Shown here in pieces: positions 6,679 through 15,781 of a stretch of 25,922 nucleotides of DNA (within the stretch, counting starts at the first letter, position 1; the number at the start of each line of letters is the position of its first letter). Made by a program: the position numbers and the translations under genes. The stretch is from assembly GCA_040752415.1 (NCBI GenBank), contig JBFMGU010000153.1, positions 1-25,922 on the forward strand. Reading direction: 5' to 3'. The notes under the pieces are model-generated. The model saw only the letters and a list, made by a program, of their open reading frames with translations. It was not told where the DNA came from and did not search any database. Origin of the DNA: Myxococcota bacterium (GTDB lineage Bacteria; Myxococcota; JACRCW01).

Positions 6679-9600
6679 ATGAAACGGAACGTGTTGTCGT
6701 GGATGACGCTGGCGGCGGTGTTGGCGGTGTCCGGTTGCCCCGACGCTTGTGCCCCCCAGCCCGGCGAGCAGGATGCCGGCCCCGGGGAGACCACCAGCAC
6801 CAGCTCCAGCAGCTCCAGCAGCAGCTCCAGTGGTGGCACCAGCACCAGCCAGACCGGTAGCACCTCAAGCAGCTCTTCGAGCAGCTCGTCGTCGAGCAGC
6901 AGCTCCTCCAGCGGGGTCATCTCCTCCGGCAGCACCTCCTCCTCCAGCGGCGACGTGGGCACCAGCAGCAGCGGCACCGCCAGCAGCAGCTCCAGCAGCT
7001 CCAGCTCGTCGGGCGGGGTGGGCATCTGCGCCGCGCCGGCGGCCCTCACGCTCGGCGACAACGTGGGCACCACCCTGGATTCCGAGGTGTTCGCCGACGG
7101 CGCCTGCCAGACCGCGGTCCCCGGCGGCGGCGGTGGCCCCGACGTGGTCTACGCCTACACCACCCCGGCCTACCCGGTGGACCTGACCCTGACCCTCCGC
7201 TCGGCCACCGACCAGGGCATCTTCATGCGCACCGCGTGCAACGCCACCGAGCCCGACGCGGTGTGCTGGGACCAGGCGGGCGACGGCGGGACCGAGGCAT
7301 TCATCGTGGGCCTGCCGGAGAACACCACGTTCTACATCTTCGTGGGCGCCTTCACGTTTGACGACGGCGGGCCGTTCGTGCTCACCGCCACGGAGCGTCG
7401 TCGGCTGGGTCCGGGCGACGCGTGTGACTGGGATGACGCCACCGCGGTGTGCGACGAGGGATTGCTGTGCACCGACATCAACGGCTCCTTCATCTGCGAC
7501 AGCCCGCTCAATGACATCACCGCCGCGTGCGGCAGCCTGACCACCGCCACCGCCGGCACCAACAACGGCACCACCGTGGGTGGCCGGGACCTGCACGCGG
7601 TCTCCTGCCAGCCCTTCCCCAACGGCGGCGACGCACTGCTGGGCTACACGGTGAGCGGCGCCAACGTGGACGTGATTGCCCGCCTGACCTCCGCCACCGA
7701 CCAGGGCGTGGCCGCGCTGCGCCAGTGCGAGGACGCGGTGACCGAGCGCGCCTGCTCCGACGTCAGCGGTGCGGGTGGCGCGGAGGAGGTGGTGGTCACC
7801 GACCTGGTGGTTGGCAACGACCTCACCTTCGTGGTGTTCGCGGTGCGGCCCGGTGAGGAGGGCGCGTTCGCGCTGGACATCCGGGAGCGCCCCATCGTGG
7901 GTGACAACACGCTGTGCGACCCGTCCGAGCGCGCCAACCGCTGCGACGAGGGTCTGACCTGCACCGAGGATCCCGACGGGGAGGCCCGCTGCCACGCCGC
8001 TCCGCCGGTGGAGGAGGGCAACGCGCCGTTGCTGAGCGCCGCCTCGGTGACCGCGGTGGACACCACGCAGGAGGGCACGTTCGAGAGCCTCATCTTCACG
8101 GTGAGCGGCCTGGACGCCGACGCCGACGTGGCGGGCCTGGAAGCCACCTTCCTGGACGTGGACGGCAACCCGGTGCTGCTGTTCTACGACGACGGCTTTG
8201 GTCCGCTGCCGCTCCCCAACCCCGTGCTGCTGGGCCTGCCCGACGCCACCGGCCTGCCGGCGTTCACCGACATCACCGTCGAGCACGCCTTCTTCGCCGA
8301 CGAGAACAACCCGGCGGGCTTTGGCTTCTTCGCGGACATCGTGGACCAGGCGCAGATCACCCAGCTGGACATTGCGCTGTTGGACCAGGGCGGCCTGCGC
8401 AGCAACGTGGTGCGCGACAGCACCATCGACCAGTTCCCCATCTCCGACGTGGGTGGTGCCTGCGACGAGACGGGCGCCACCAGCCGGTGTGCGGCGGACC
8501 TGATCTGCAACGTTGGCTTCTGCGAGGACTTCATCACCGCGGCGTGCGCGGGGGCCCAGACCTACGCTGCTCCCGTCGACGGCGATCTCAGCGGTGGCGT
8601 GGACAGCGCGGCGCCCTCCTGCCAGGTGGCCTTCCAGGGCGGCAACGGCGCCGACGCGTACTACACGTACAGCGTGACCAGCCCCCTGGCGGACGTGATT
8701 GCCACGGTGGCCACGTCGGCGGACCTGGGGGTGAGCATCCGCAAGAGCTGCGGCGCCGCCATCTCCGAGGTGGCCTGTACCGACGCCACGTTCAACCAGG
8801 ATGAGACGACGGTGGCCCTGGAGCAGCTGCAGGGCACCACGCTGACGGTGGTGGTCTCCGCGTTCACCGCCGGCGACGCGGGTCCCTTCACGCTCACCAT
8901 CACGGAGCGCCCCGTCATCGGCGAGCGCGGCGAGTGCGACCCCACCGGCGAGCTGAGCCGTTGCCAGAATGGTCTGCTCTGCCAGGATGACGGGCTCGGC
9001 GGCTTCATCTGCGCCACCCCCGTTGCCCCGGAGCTCACCGCGGCCAGCGTGTCGACCATCAACAACGACTCCGACCCGGCCGTGGAGTTCTACCACGTGG
9101 TGGTGAGTGGCTCCGACGTCAACGCCGACGTGATCGGCTACGAGCTGTTCTTCCGCGACGAGGCGGGCTTCCCGGTGGTGCTCTATGTGCGTGACCCGGT
9201 GGCGGGCCCGGTGCCGGTGGGTGCGGTGGTGGGGCCGTTTGCGCTGGAGGGGGTCGAGGGCCAGGCCACCTTCACCGACCTGGTGTCGGACCTGGGCTTT
9301 GACGCGGTGCTGAACCCGGAGATGGTGCACAACGTCGACGTGGTCCTGCTGGATGCCACCGGGCTGCGCAGCAACGTGGTGAACGCGGTGGTGGCGGTGT
9401 TCCCGGTGGTCGACCCGGGCCAGCCCTGCGATCCCACCGGTCTCGACAACGTTTGCGTTGCGGGAACGCAGTGCGTGGACGTGGGCAACGGCCCCGTCTG
9501 TCTCAGTGACCAGGAGCTCCTGGAGCTCGCGTGCACCTCGGCCACACCGGTGACCCAGGGCGTGTCCGCCGACGGCGACCTCACCGGTGCCAACAGCACC

Positions 9601-12600
9601 ACCACCAACGGCTGCGACTTCCTTGACGGCACCGCCGACACGCTCTTCACCTACACGGTGGGCGCGGCGGACGCGGACGTGCTGGCTGCGGTGGACAGCC
9701 AGGGATTCGTGGTGGTGTCCGTGCGCACCGACTGCGCGGATGTTCTCAGCGAGCGCGCCTGCGACGACAACTTCTTCGGCACCGGCGCCGTGGAGGTGCT
9801 CAACGTGCCGGCCAACAGCACCGTGACGGTGGTGGTGTCCTCGCTGTTTGATCCGGGTGAGAACGCCGCGGGCGCGTTCTCGCTCACGGTGACCGAGCGC
9901 GCGCTGGTGGCCAATGGCGACCCCTGCGACCCGACGGGCGTGCAGGACCGGTGCGCGGCGGGGGTGTGTGAGTTCAGCGCCGCCGACGGGGACTACCTGT
10001 GCACGGACGGCCTGCCGGTACTGACCGCGGCCGAGGCGTACACGGTGGACCTGGACCAGGCTTCTCCGTTCGAGAGCACGCGCTTCATCTTCAGCGGCAC
10101 CGACCCGCAGGGCGACGTGAACGCCTTCGAGGTGGTGTTCAAGAACGCGGGCGGCCAGCCGGTGGCGCTGGTGCTGGACAACGGTGACGGCACCACCACC
10201 ACGCTGGGGAGCACCTTCACCTTTGCGCTGGCGGGCGCCAACGGCCAGACCTCCTTCACCGACGTGCTGCAGGACGTCGGCGGGTTCGATGCCGTGCTGA
10301 ACCAGGCGGAGGTGACCCAGGTGACCCTGACGCTGGTGGATGAGGCGGCGCTGCGCAGCAACGCGCTGACCGTGCCCTTCAGCGCCATCCCGGTGGCGGA
10401 CCGCCACGAGACCTGCGATCCCACCGGACGCACCTTCTGCCTGAATGACCTGCTGTGCGCGCCCAACGCGGATGCCAGCGCCTACACCTGTGAGTCCGCC
10501 ACCAGCGTGCTCAATGACGTCTGCCAGGCACCCACCCTGCTGGCACTGGACACGCCCGCCCAGGGCAACACCGCCACCGCCCAGGACATCACCGACGTCA
10601 GCTGCGACTCCGCGGCGGGCGGCACCGACAGCATCTTCCGTTTCGTCAGCAACGCCACCCAGGTCACCGACGTGACCATCACGCTGGACAGCACGGGCGA
10701 CCTGGTGTTGAGCGTGCGCGACACCTGCACCGACGAGGGCACCGAGACGTCCTGCACCGACCTGGGCTTCACCGGAGACAGCGAGACGGTGACGCTGACC
10801 GACGTGGCGCCGGGCACGGAGCTGAACGTCGTGGTGTCGCCGTGGTCCGCCCAGTACCACGGCACCTTCACCGTCACGGTCTCGGAGGTGCTGGTGGTGG
10901 ATGAGGGACAGGCGTGCGACCCGCTGGACCAGGCCGCGCGCTGCGCCACCGGGACCATCTGCGCGGACCAGGGTGGCGGCAACTTCATCTGTGAGCTGCT
11001 CACGCCGCCCACGCTGGACGCGGTGGACGTGTTCTCCGTGGACAGCGACCAGGACGGCACGGCGGACAGCCTGCGGTTCTTCTGGACCGGGTCCGACCCC
11101 GACGCCGACATCCTGGGCTACGAGATCCACTTCCGGGACCTGCTCGGAGCCGACGTGATCCTCACCGCCGGCTTCACGGACTACGGTCCGGTCGAGCAAT
11201 TTGCGTTGCCGGCGGCCACCGGTTTCACCACGTTCATTGACCTGCGCGGAGACCTGGGTCCGTTCAACGACCTGGGCGCGTTGGATAACGTGGATTTGAC
11301 GTTCATCGACAACGGCAACCTCCGGAGCAACACCGCGAACGTGAAGGTCAACCCGATCCCGACGCGTGGTGCAACGGAGCCGTGTGACCCCAACGGCCAC
11401 GACGTCTGCGTCGCTGGTCACCTCTGCGCGCTGGATCAAAACAATGTGAACACCTGCCAGGAACGCGCGACGGTTCTTGCTGCGGTGTGTGCGAGCCCCG
11501 AGGCGATTGTTGGCGGGGCCGCGTCGGGCACCACCGTGAACGGGTTGGACGTGACTGACACCTGTGGTCTGGCCGGTGGACCGGATGTCATCTATTCGTA
11601 CACGGTGGTTGGCGCATCCGTGGACCTCCTGGTCACCGTGGTCAGCGACGACGACCACGGTGTCAGCGTTCGCACCACTTGCGGTGATCGCGGCACGGAG
11701 CGCGCGTGCGTGGACAACGAGATCGGGCCGGCGGAGTCCGAAACGGTCACCGTGCTTGATCTCACCGAGGCTGCCACGGTGACGGTGATTGTGTCGGCCT
11801 ACAGCGCCAATAGCATAGGTCCGTTTAGCGTAAGCGTCGCTGAGCGCCCGGTTTTGGGGGTAGGCGCCGAGTGCGACCCGCAGGGGATCGCGAATCGTTG
11901 CGGCGGCAATTCGTCCTGTCTGCCGGATGGCAACGATGGCACCACCTGTCAGGACCTCGCCCTGTTGCTGGCTGACGCGTGTACCGCGGCGCTGGCGGCC
12001 ACAATCGACACGCCGGTGAACGGTGACAGCACCAACGCCGTGAACATGACTCCAAATACCTGCGGCCCGAACGGCGGTGGAGACGTGGTGTATGCGTACA
12101 CGGTGACTGGCGCCAACGTGGATGTGCTTTCCACGTTGGTCAGCAACACCGACCACTCCGTCAGCATTCGCGAAACCTGCGTGGATCCAGGCTCCGAGCG
12201 TGCGTGCGCTGAGACGGATGCGTTCGGCAACAACCAGACTGAGGTGGCTCAATTCCTCAACGCGCCCCAGGGAACACTGGCCATCATTGTCTCGGCGGGC
12301 AGTGCTGAGGCTCAGGGAGCGTTCACGTTGACCGTGACGGAGCGGCCCATCCGCGCCCTGGGCGAGGCTTGCGACCCGACCGGCGCGGCGGACCGGTGTG
12401 ACACGAACGCTTGCATCAACAGCGTGTGCGTCGCCACCACGGCGGAGGTGGAGCCCAACGACGACGGCGCCGTCAGCGTGGGCACGCAGGCCACCCTCGG
12501 CAACGACTTCCTGAGCACCGCTGCCCAGGGACCGTTCTCCGCCGACGTGCTGATCAGCGGGTCCATCTCGCCCTTGGGCGACGAGGACGCGTTTGCCCTG

Positions 12601-12876
12601 GCCAATCCGGGTCTGGACCCGGTGGTGGTGAACCTGGAGGTGTTCGCGGGCGGTTACAACGTCTGCACGCACGACACGTACCTGAACGTCTTCAACGCGG
12701 CAGGCACGCGCTTGGAGAGCGACGACGACGGTGGCTTGCCCATCCCCGGGGGGCTCTACGGATGCTCTGCGCTGACCTACAGCATCGGCGCGGGTGAGAC
12801 CGTCTACGCCCACATCCTGCACTTCGGGGATGACACGGTCATTCCGTCGTACGTGTTCGAAATCGACTTCGAATAG
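6679..12876 (+). CDS. Giant (2065 aa) modular Cys-rich surface lipoprotein with PPC-like and Ig-like repeats
   Basis: AGGGAGG RBS, MKRNVLSWMTLAAVLAVSG-C lipobox, Ser/Thr stalk, 7 copies of a ~125-aa module (DxxYxYT...RxxC...ERAC.D...GxFxLTVxERP), 4 copies of an acidic beta module (SGxDxDADV...GLRSN), 11 CDPxG..RC linkers, C-terminal EVEPNDDG domain. Confidence 0.92.
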   Translation: MKRNVLSWMTLAAVLAVSGCPDACAPQPGEQDAGPGETTSTSSSSSSSSSSGGTSTSQTGSTSSSSSSSSSSSSSSSSGVISSGSTSSSSGDVGTSSSGTASSSSSSSSSSGGVGICAAPAALTLGDNVGTTLDSEVFADGACQTAVPGGGGGPDVVYAYTTPAYPVDLTLTLRSATDQGIFMRTACNATEPDAVCWDQAGDGGTEAFIVGLPENTTFYIFVGAFTFDDGGPFVLTATERRRLGPGDACDWDDATAVCDEGLLCTDINGSFICDSPLNDITAACGSLTTATAGTNNGTTVGGRDLHAVSCQPFPNGGDALLGYTVSGANVDVIARLTSATDQGVAALRQCEDAVTERACSDVSGAGGAEEVVVTDLVVGNDLTFVVFAVRPGEEGAFALDIRERPIVGDNTLCDPSERANRCDEGLTCTEDPDGEARCHAAPPVEEGNAPLLSAASVTAVDTTQEGTFESLIFTVSGLDADADVAGLEATFLDVDGNPVLLFYDDGFGPLPLPNPVLLGLPDATGLPAFTDITVEHAFFADENNPAGFGFFADIVDQAQITQLDIALLDQGGLRSNVVRDSTIDQFPISDVGGACDETGATSRCAADLICNVGFCEDFITAACAGAQTYAAPVDGDLSGGVDSAAPSCQVAFQGGNGADAYYTYSVTSPLADVIATVATSADLGVSIRKSCGAAISEVACTDATFNQDETTVALEQLQGTTLTVVVSAFTAGDAGPFTLTITERPVIGERGECDPTGELSRCQNGLLCQDDGLGGFICATPVAPELTAASVSTINNDSDPAVEFYHVVVSGSDVNADVIGYELFFRDEAGFPVVLYVRDPVAGPVPVGAVVGPFALEGVEGQATFTDLVSDLGFDAVLNPEMVHNVDVVLLDATGLRSNVVNAVVAVFPVVDPGQPCDPTGLDNVCVAGTQCVDVGNGPVCLSDQELLELACTSATPVTQGVSADGDLTGANSTTTNGCDFLDGTADTLFTYTVGAADADVLAAVDSQGFVVVSVRTDCADVLSERACDDNFFGTGAVEVLNVPANSTVTVVVSSLFDPGENAAGAFSLTVTERALVANGDPCDPTGVQDRCAAGVCEFSAADGDYLCTDGLPVLTAAEAYTVDLDQASPFESTRFIFSGTDPQGDVNAFEVVFKNAGGQPVALVLDNGDGTTTTLGSTFTFALAGANGQTSFTDVLQDVGGFDAVLNQAEVTQVTLTLVDEAALRSNALTVPFSAIPVADRHETCDPTGRTFCLNDLLCAPNADASAYTCESATSVLNDVCQAPTLLALDTPAQGNTATAQDITDVSCDSAAGGTDSIFRFVSNATQVTDVTITLDSTGDLVLSVRDTCTDEGTETSCTDLGFTGDSETVTLTDVAPGTELNVVVSPWSAQYHGTFTVTVSEVLVVDEGQACDPLDQAARCATGTICADQGGGNFICELLTPPTLDAVDVFSVDSDQDGTADSLRFFWTGSDPDADILGYEIHFRDLLGADVILTAGFTDYGPVEQFALPAATGFTTFIDLRGDLGPFNDLGALDNVDLTFIDNGNLRSNTANVKVNPIPTRGATEPCDPNGHDVCVAGHLCALDQNNVNTCQERATVLAAVCASPEAIVGGAASGTTVNGLDVTDTCGLAGGPDVIYSYTVVGASVDLLVTVVSDDDHGVSVRTTCGDRGTERACVDNEIGPAESETVTVLDLTEAATVTVIVSAYSANSIGPFSVSVAERPVLGVGAECDPQGIANRCGGNSSCLPDGNDGTTCQDLALLLADACTAALAATIDTPVNGDSTNAVNMTPNTCGPNGGGDVVYAYTVTGANVDVLSTLVSNTDHSVSIRETCVDPGSERACAETDAFGNNQTEVAQFLNAPQGTLAIIVSAGSAEAQGAFTLTVTERPIRALGEACDPTGAADRCDTNACINSVCVATTAEVEPNDDGAVSVGTQATLGNDFLSTAAQGPFSADVLISGSISPLGDEDAFALANPGLDPVVVNLEVFAGGYNVCTHDTYLNVFNAAGTRLESDDDGGLPIPGGLYGCSALTYSIGAGETVYAHILHFGDDTVIPSYVFEIDFE
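6790..7011 (+). repeat. Low-complexity Ser/Thr/Gly-coding tract (AGC/TCC/ACC repeats)
   Basis: Encodes TTSTSSSSSSSSSSGGTSTSQTGSTSSSSS..., about 74 aa, just after the lipobox region. Confidence 0.85.
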
Positions 12877-12921
12877 GTCGGCTTCGTTTCGAGTACGAGC
12901 GTTCCCAATCTGACGGCGGCT

Positions 12922-12933
12922 CCTGGGTGCCCC
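12922..12933 (+). repeat. 12-bp direct repeat CCTGGGTGCCCC, copy 1
   Basis: Identical to 14682-14693. Confidence 0.55.
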
Positions 12934-13241
12934 AGACAACACACTTCCTCTTGCAGCGCCCGCTTCATGTAGGTCAAGGCCGGCTTCGGTGACGAGCGAG
13001 TCAGATCTTCCTGTAACGTCTGGCGATGCGGCGATGGGGCGCAAAGCCGTCGGCGCGTCCGCCTGCAGCAACCACCGGGCACGGCGGGGCCAGGTCAAGC
13101 AAGTTCGTTCAAGTTTGGATTAGACGCCGTCGCGTCGGACGGACCCTGCCCTGATCCACCTCGAACTCCTCACGGCTCCCAGGAATAGCTGGGCCTACAA
13201 CTGTGTTGTGTCCCCCAAACCAACGCAGGGAGGTGGTGGCG

Positions 13242-14498
13242 ATGATGGGGCAGATGGCCGGCGGGAGACGGTTGACGGCTGCGGTGTTCTTGGTGGCAAC
13301 CGCTGCGCCAAGCGTCGGGGTCGCGAATGTGACTGTGGACAATACAGAAGATGAGCAAGGGACCGGGTTCCCCGACCAACGAAAGGTCGCGCGAGATAGC
13401 CTCGGGAATCTGTTTGTTGCCTACAGAAAGAAGGACGCTAACCAAGTCTATCGGATCTACGTCGCAAAGTCCGACGATGACGGCTCGTCGTGGACCGTGT
13501 CGGGCGCTCCCATTGACACCGTCGGCCCCTACACGCAGCGCGTGCCTGCAATTGCCGTTGATGGTTCAGACAGGGTCCACGTGGTGTGGTACGGAAATGA
13601 CGCAGCCAACAATGGCAACGAGCGAGAGATAATGTACACCCGCTCGTTGGACCATGGCGCAACATGGCAGCAGACAATCAAGATTGTTGATTACTCAGGC
13701 TATGCTGGCGAGTCTCTCTGGCAGGAGCATCCCACAATCCATGCCAGGGCTGAAAACGTTTACGTCGTGTGGCAGAGCCAAGTGAACAATGTGCCTCAGA
13801 CGCGATTTGTGGCATCCACCAATGGCGGGCAAACTTGGGGGTCCCCTACCATCGTTCGACCCAGTTCCAACAACCGGAGTCGCCCGAGCATCATCACCAC
13901 GTCGGACGGAATCCTTCATGTCTTTGCGTACGGCTACATGGGGAGCGCGCAGCAGATACTGTGGTCCTACTACAAGCCTTTCGGTGGGTGGACTGCGTGG
14001 ACTCAGATTGCGGCCAGCACGTCGGACCAGCGTCATTTTTCCGTGGCGGCGGATCCGACCATTGCTAGGATCTACGCTGTGTGGAGGGAGAATACCGCCA
14101 ACGGGCCGAGGATTCACGCAGCGGTCATGACATCCAACCAGTGGGCATTGGATGCGGCGCCCATTGCGTCCGGAACCCTCGACCAGTGCTATCCCTCCGT
14201 GACCGCGACCAGTCAGCGAGTGCTTGTTGTTTGGACAAACAGCACGAACTGTGCCGCGCCTAACGACCGGCCCCAGAATGGCGAGATCGTCATGTCGACT
14301 CGAAGCTTCTCCAGTAGTCGTTGGTCCAGCCCGGTGTCGATTGCGGCGTCTCCTGGTGAGGACGTCTACCCAATCCTGCGATGGCAGCCCGTTGACTACG
14401 GCGGGAACGCAGACATGGTTTGGATCCAAGGCACGAAGGTCACGAATACGCCATGCCCTGATTGCACTGTGCGCCATACCTCCATTGAGGCCTGGTAG
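13242..14498 (+). CDS. Secreted BNR/Asp-box beta-propeller protein (sialidase-like fold)
   Basis: Asp boxes SDDDGSSW, SLDHGATW, STNGGQTW; repeated P.I....G.VHVVW blades; signal peptide; AGGGAGG RBS; lower GC than neighbours. Confidence 0.88.
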   Translation: MMGQMAGGRRLTAAVFLVATAAPSVGVANVTVDNTEDEQGTGFPDQRKVARDSLGNLFVAYRKKDANQVYRIYVAKSDDDGSSWTVSGAPIDTVGPYTQRVPAIAVDGSDRVHVVWYGNDAANNGNEREIMYTRSLDHGATWQQTIKIVDYSGYAGESLWQEHPTIHARAENVYVVWQSQVNNVPQTRFVASTNGGQTWGSPTIVRPSSNNRSRPSIITTSDGILHVFAYGYMGSAQQILWSYYKPFGGWTAWTQIAASTSDQRHFSVAADPTIARIYAVWRENTANGPRIHAAVMTSNQWALDAAPIASGTLDQCYPSVTATSQRVLVVWTNSTNCAAPNDRPQNGEIVMSTRSFSSSRWSSPVSIAASPGEDVYPILRWQPVDYGGNADMVWIQGTKVTNTPCPDCTVRHTSIEAW

Positions 14499-14681
14499 TC
14501 GGGGTCTTGCCGCACCCCCACTCATTGGGGAACCGCAGTAACAGCAGCACCGCTTCAGGGGAACTCTACCAGAGTGAATCGACCTGTGTGTCGTCCGCGC
14601 AGACACCCTGTCTGAATTCCGGACACCCGCGAAAACGCAACTCCGCGTCCTTCCAGCCTCTCGTGATTGGCCCATTCCGTG

Positions 14682-14693
14682 CCTGGGTGCCCC
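14682..14693 (+). repeat. 12-bp direct repeat CCTGGGTGCCCC, copy 2
   Basis: Identical to 12922-12933. Confidence 0.55.
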
Positions 14694-14746
14694 GCGAACC
14701 TATCTTCGCGCGGGTCGCCGCGGGCGGCCGCGCAATGGAGTCATTC

Positions 14747-15547
14747 ATGGCATGGCATCGAGCAATGGGTTTGCTGTTGGGCATGGTGTTGACCGCGTGC
14801 GGGGGGCCGGTGGACGACGACAACGTGGAAGTCACCGCGACGCTGGACGACGACACGGAGGACGAGGCGGCCCTCCAGGGCGGGCGCACCACGCGGGCGT
14901 ACCGGGCCGTGGGGCTGCTGATGGCGGAGTCGGGCTCGTTCTGCACCGGCACGCTCATCCGTCACGACGTGGTGCTGACCGCCGCGCACTGCGTCGACGA
15001 GCCGCTGGACGCGTTCTACATCGGGCATGGTCGCGCGCTCACCGACGCGGAACGCGCCACGCAGGGGCCCGGTCGCGCGCTGGAGAACATGCGGGCGTAC
15101 GCGGTGGTGGAGCAGGTGATGCACCCCGACTACGAGCCCATGGCCTGCGGCACCACCCCCGACCTGGCGCTGGTGCGCCTGCTGGAGCCCGTGGGCGACG
15201 TCAATCCGATGGCGATTGCGAGCTCCGAGGCGGCGTATCCGGGGCGGGTGTGTCGCGCGGTGGGGTTTGGCGCGCACGGGAAGGGCAGCAGCAAGACGTC
15301 CTTGCGCAAGCGCAGCGGCAAGGAGGTGATCGTGGACGTCACGGAGACCGCGGTGGACGTGCGCGCGGAGGACGCGCTGGCCGACCACGGTGATTCTGGC
15401 GGGCCGCTGCTGTGTGGTCGCAGGATTGCCGGCGTGACGTCGTGCGGGCCGGATGGCAGCTGGCGCACCCGCAGCGTGTCCTACGCGCGACCCGACATGG
15501 AGAGCGCGTGGATGACGGAAGTGCTCTCCAGCTGGGAACCGGAGTAA
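14747..15547 (+). CDS. S1 (trypsin-fold) serine protease, lipoprotein
   Basis: Lipobox LTA-C; CTGTLI, LTAAHC (His), DLALVRL (Asp), GDSGGPL (Ser). Start could alternatively be 14735 or 14765. Confidence 0.93.
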   Translation: MAWHRAMGLLLGMVLTACGGPVDDDNVEVTATLDDDTEDEAALQGGRTTRAYRAVGLLMAESGSFCTGTLIRHDVVLTAAHCVDEPLDAFYIGHGRALTDAERATQGPGRALENMRAYAVVEQVMHPDYEPMACGTTPDLALVRLLEPVGDVNPMAIASSEAAYPGRVCRAVGFGAHGKGSSKTSLRKRSGKEVIVDVTETAVDVRAEDALADHGDSGGPLLCGRRIAGVTSCGPDGSWRTRSVSYARPDMESAWMTEVLSSWEPE

Positions 15548-15559
15548 GACGCTGCGTCG

Positions 15560-15754
15560 GCGGACCACGACCTGGAGTGCGGCGGGCCCTCGCCGCCCTG
15601 GCCAGCGCCGCGCGGCTTGCCCACACGTCCAGGGTCCACCCTCCGCGAGACGCGGCTGCCGCGTCCGTCATCGATGAGCTGTTCGGCCGGCTGAAGACGC
15701 ACTCGGCGCTGTCCAAAGCGGCGAGGGCCCGCCGCACTCCAGGTCGAGGTCCGC
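15560..15754. repeat. Long inverted repeat (51-bp arms, 47/51 match, 93-bp spacer), REP-pair/MITE-like
   Basis: 15560-15610 versus reverse complement of 15704-15754, with a perfect 29-bp core; lies between two convergent genes. Confidence 0.9.
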
Positions 15755-15781
15755 TGGACGGATTCCCGAAGTCCAACCCCG

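Noticed and set aside
12804..13082. 92-aa minus-strand ORF downstream of the lipoprotein
   Set aside because: It overlaps the lipoprotein 3' end and has no RBS or recognisable motif.
6865..13098. 2077-aa antisense ORF
   Set aside because: Codon-for-codon shadow of the high-GC3 lipoprotein gene, whose codon usage rarely creates antisense stops; no recognisable motifs.
14527..14565. Two GGGGAAC motifs resembling ECF -35 boxes
   Set aside because: No matching -10 at the expected spacing.
15560..15754. Retron msr-msd or intrinsic terminator interpretation of the long inverted repeat
   Set aside because: No reverse transcriptase is in the window, there are no U-tracts, and the arms are far longer than terminator stems.
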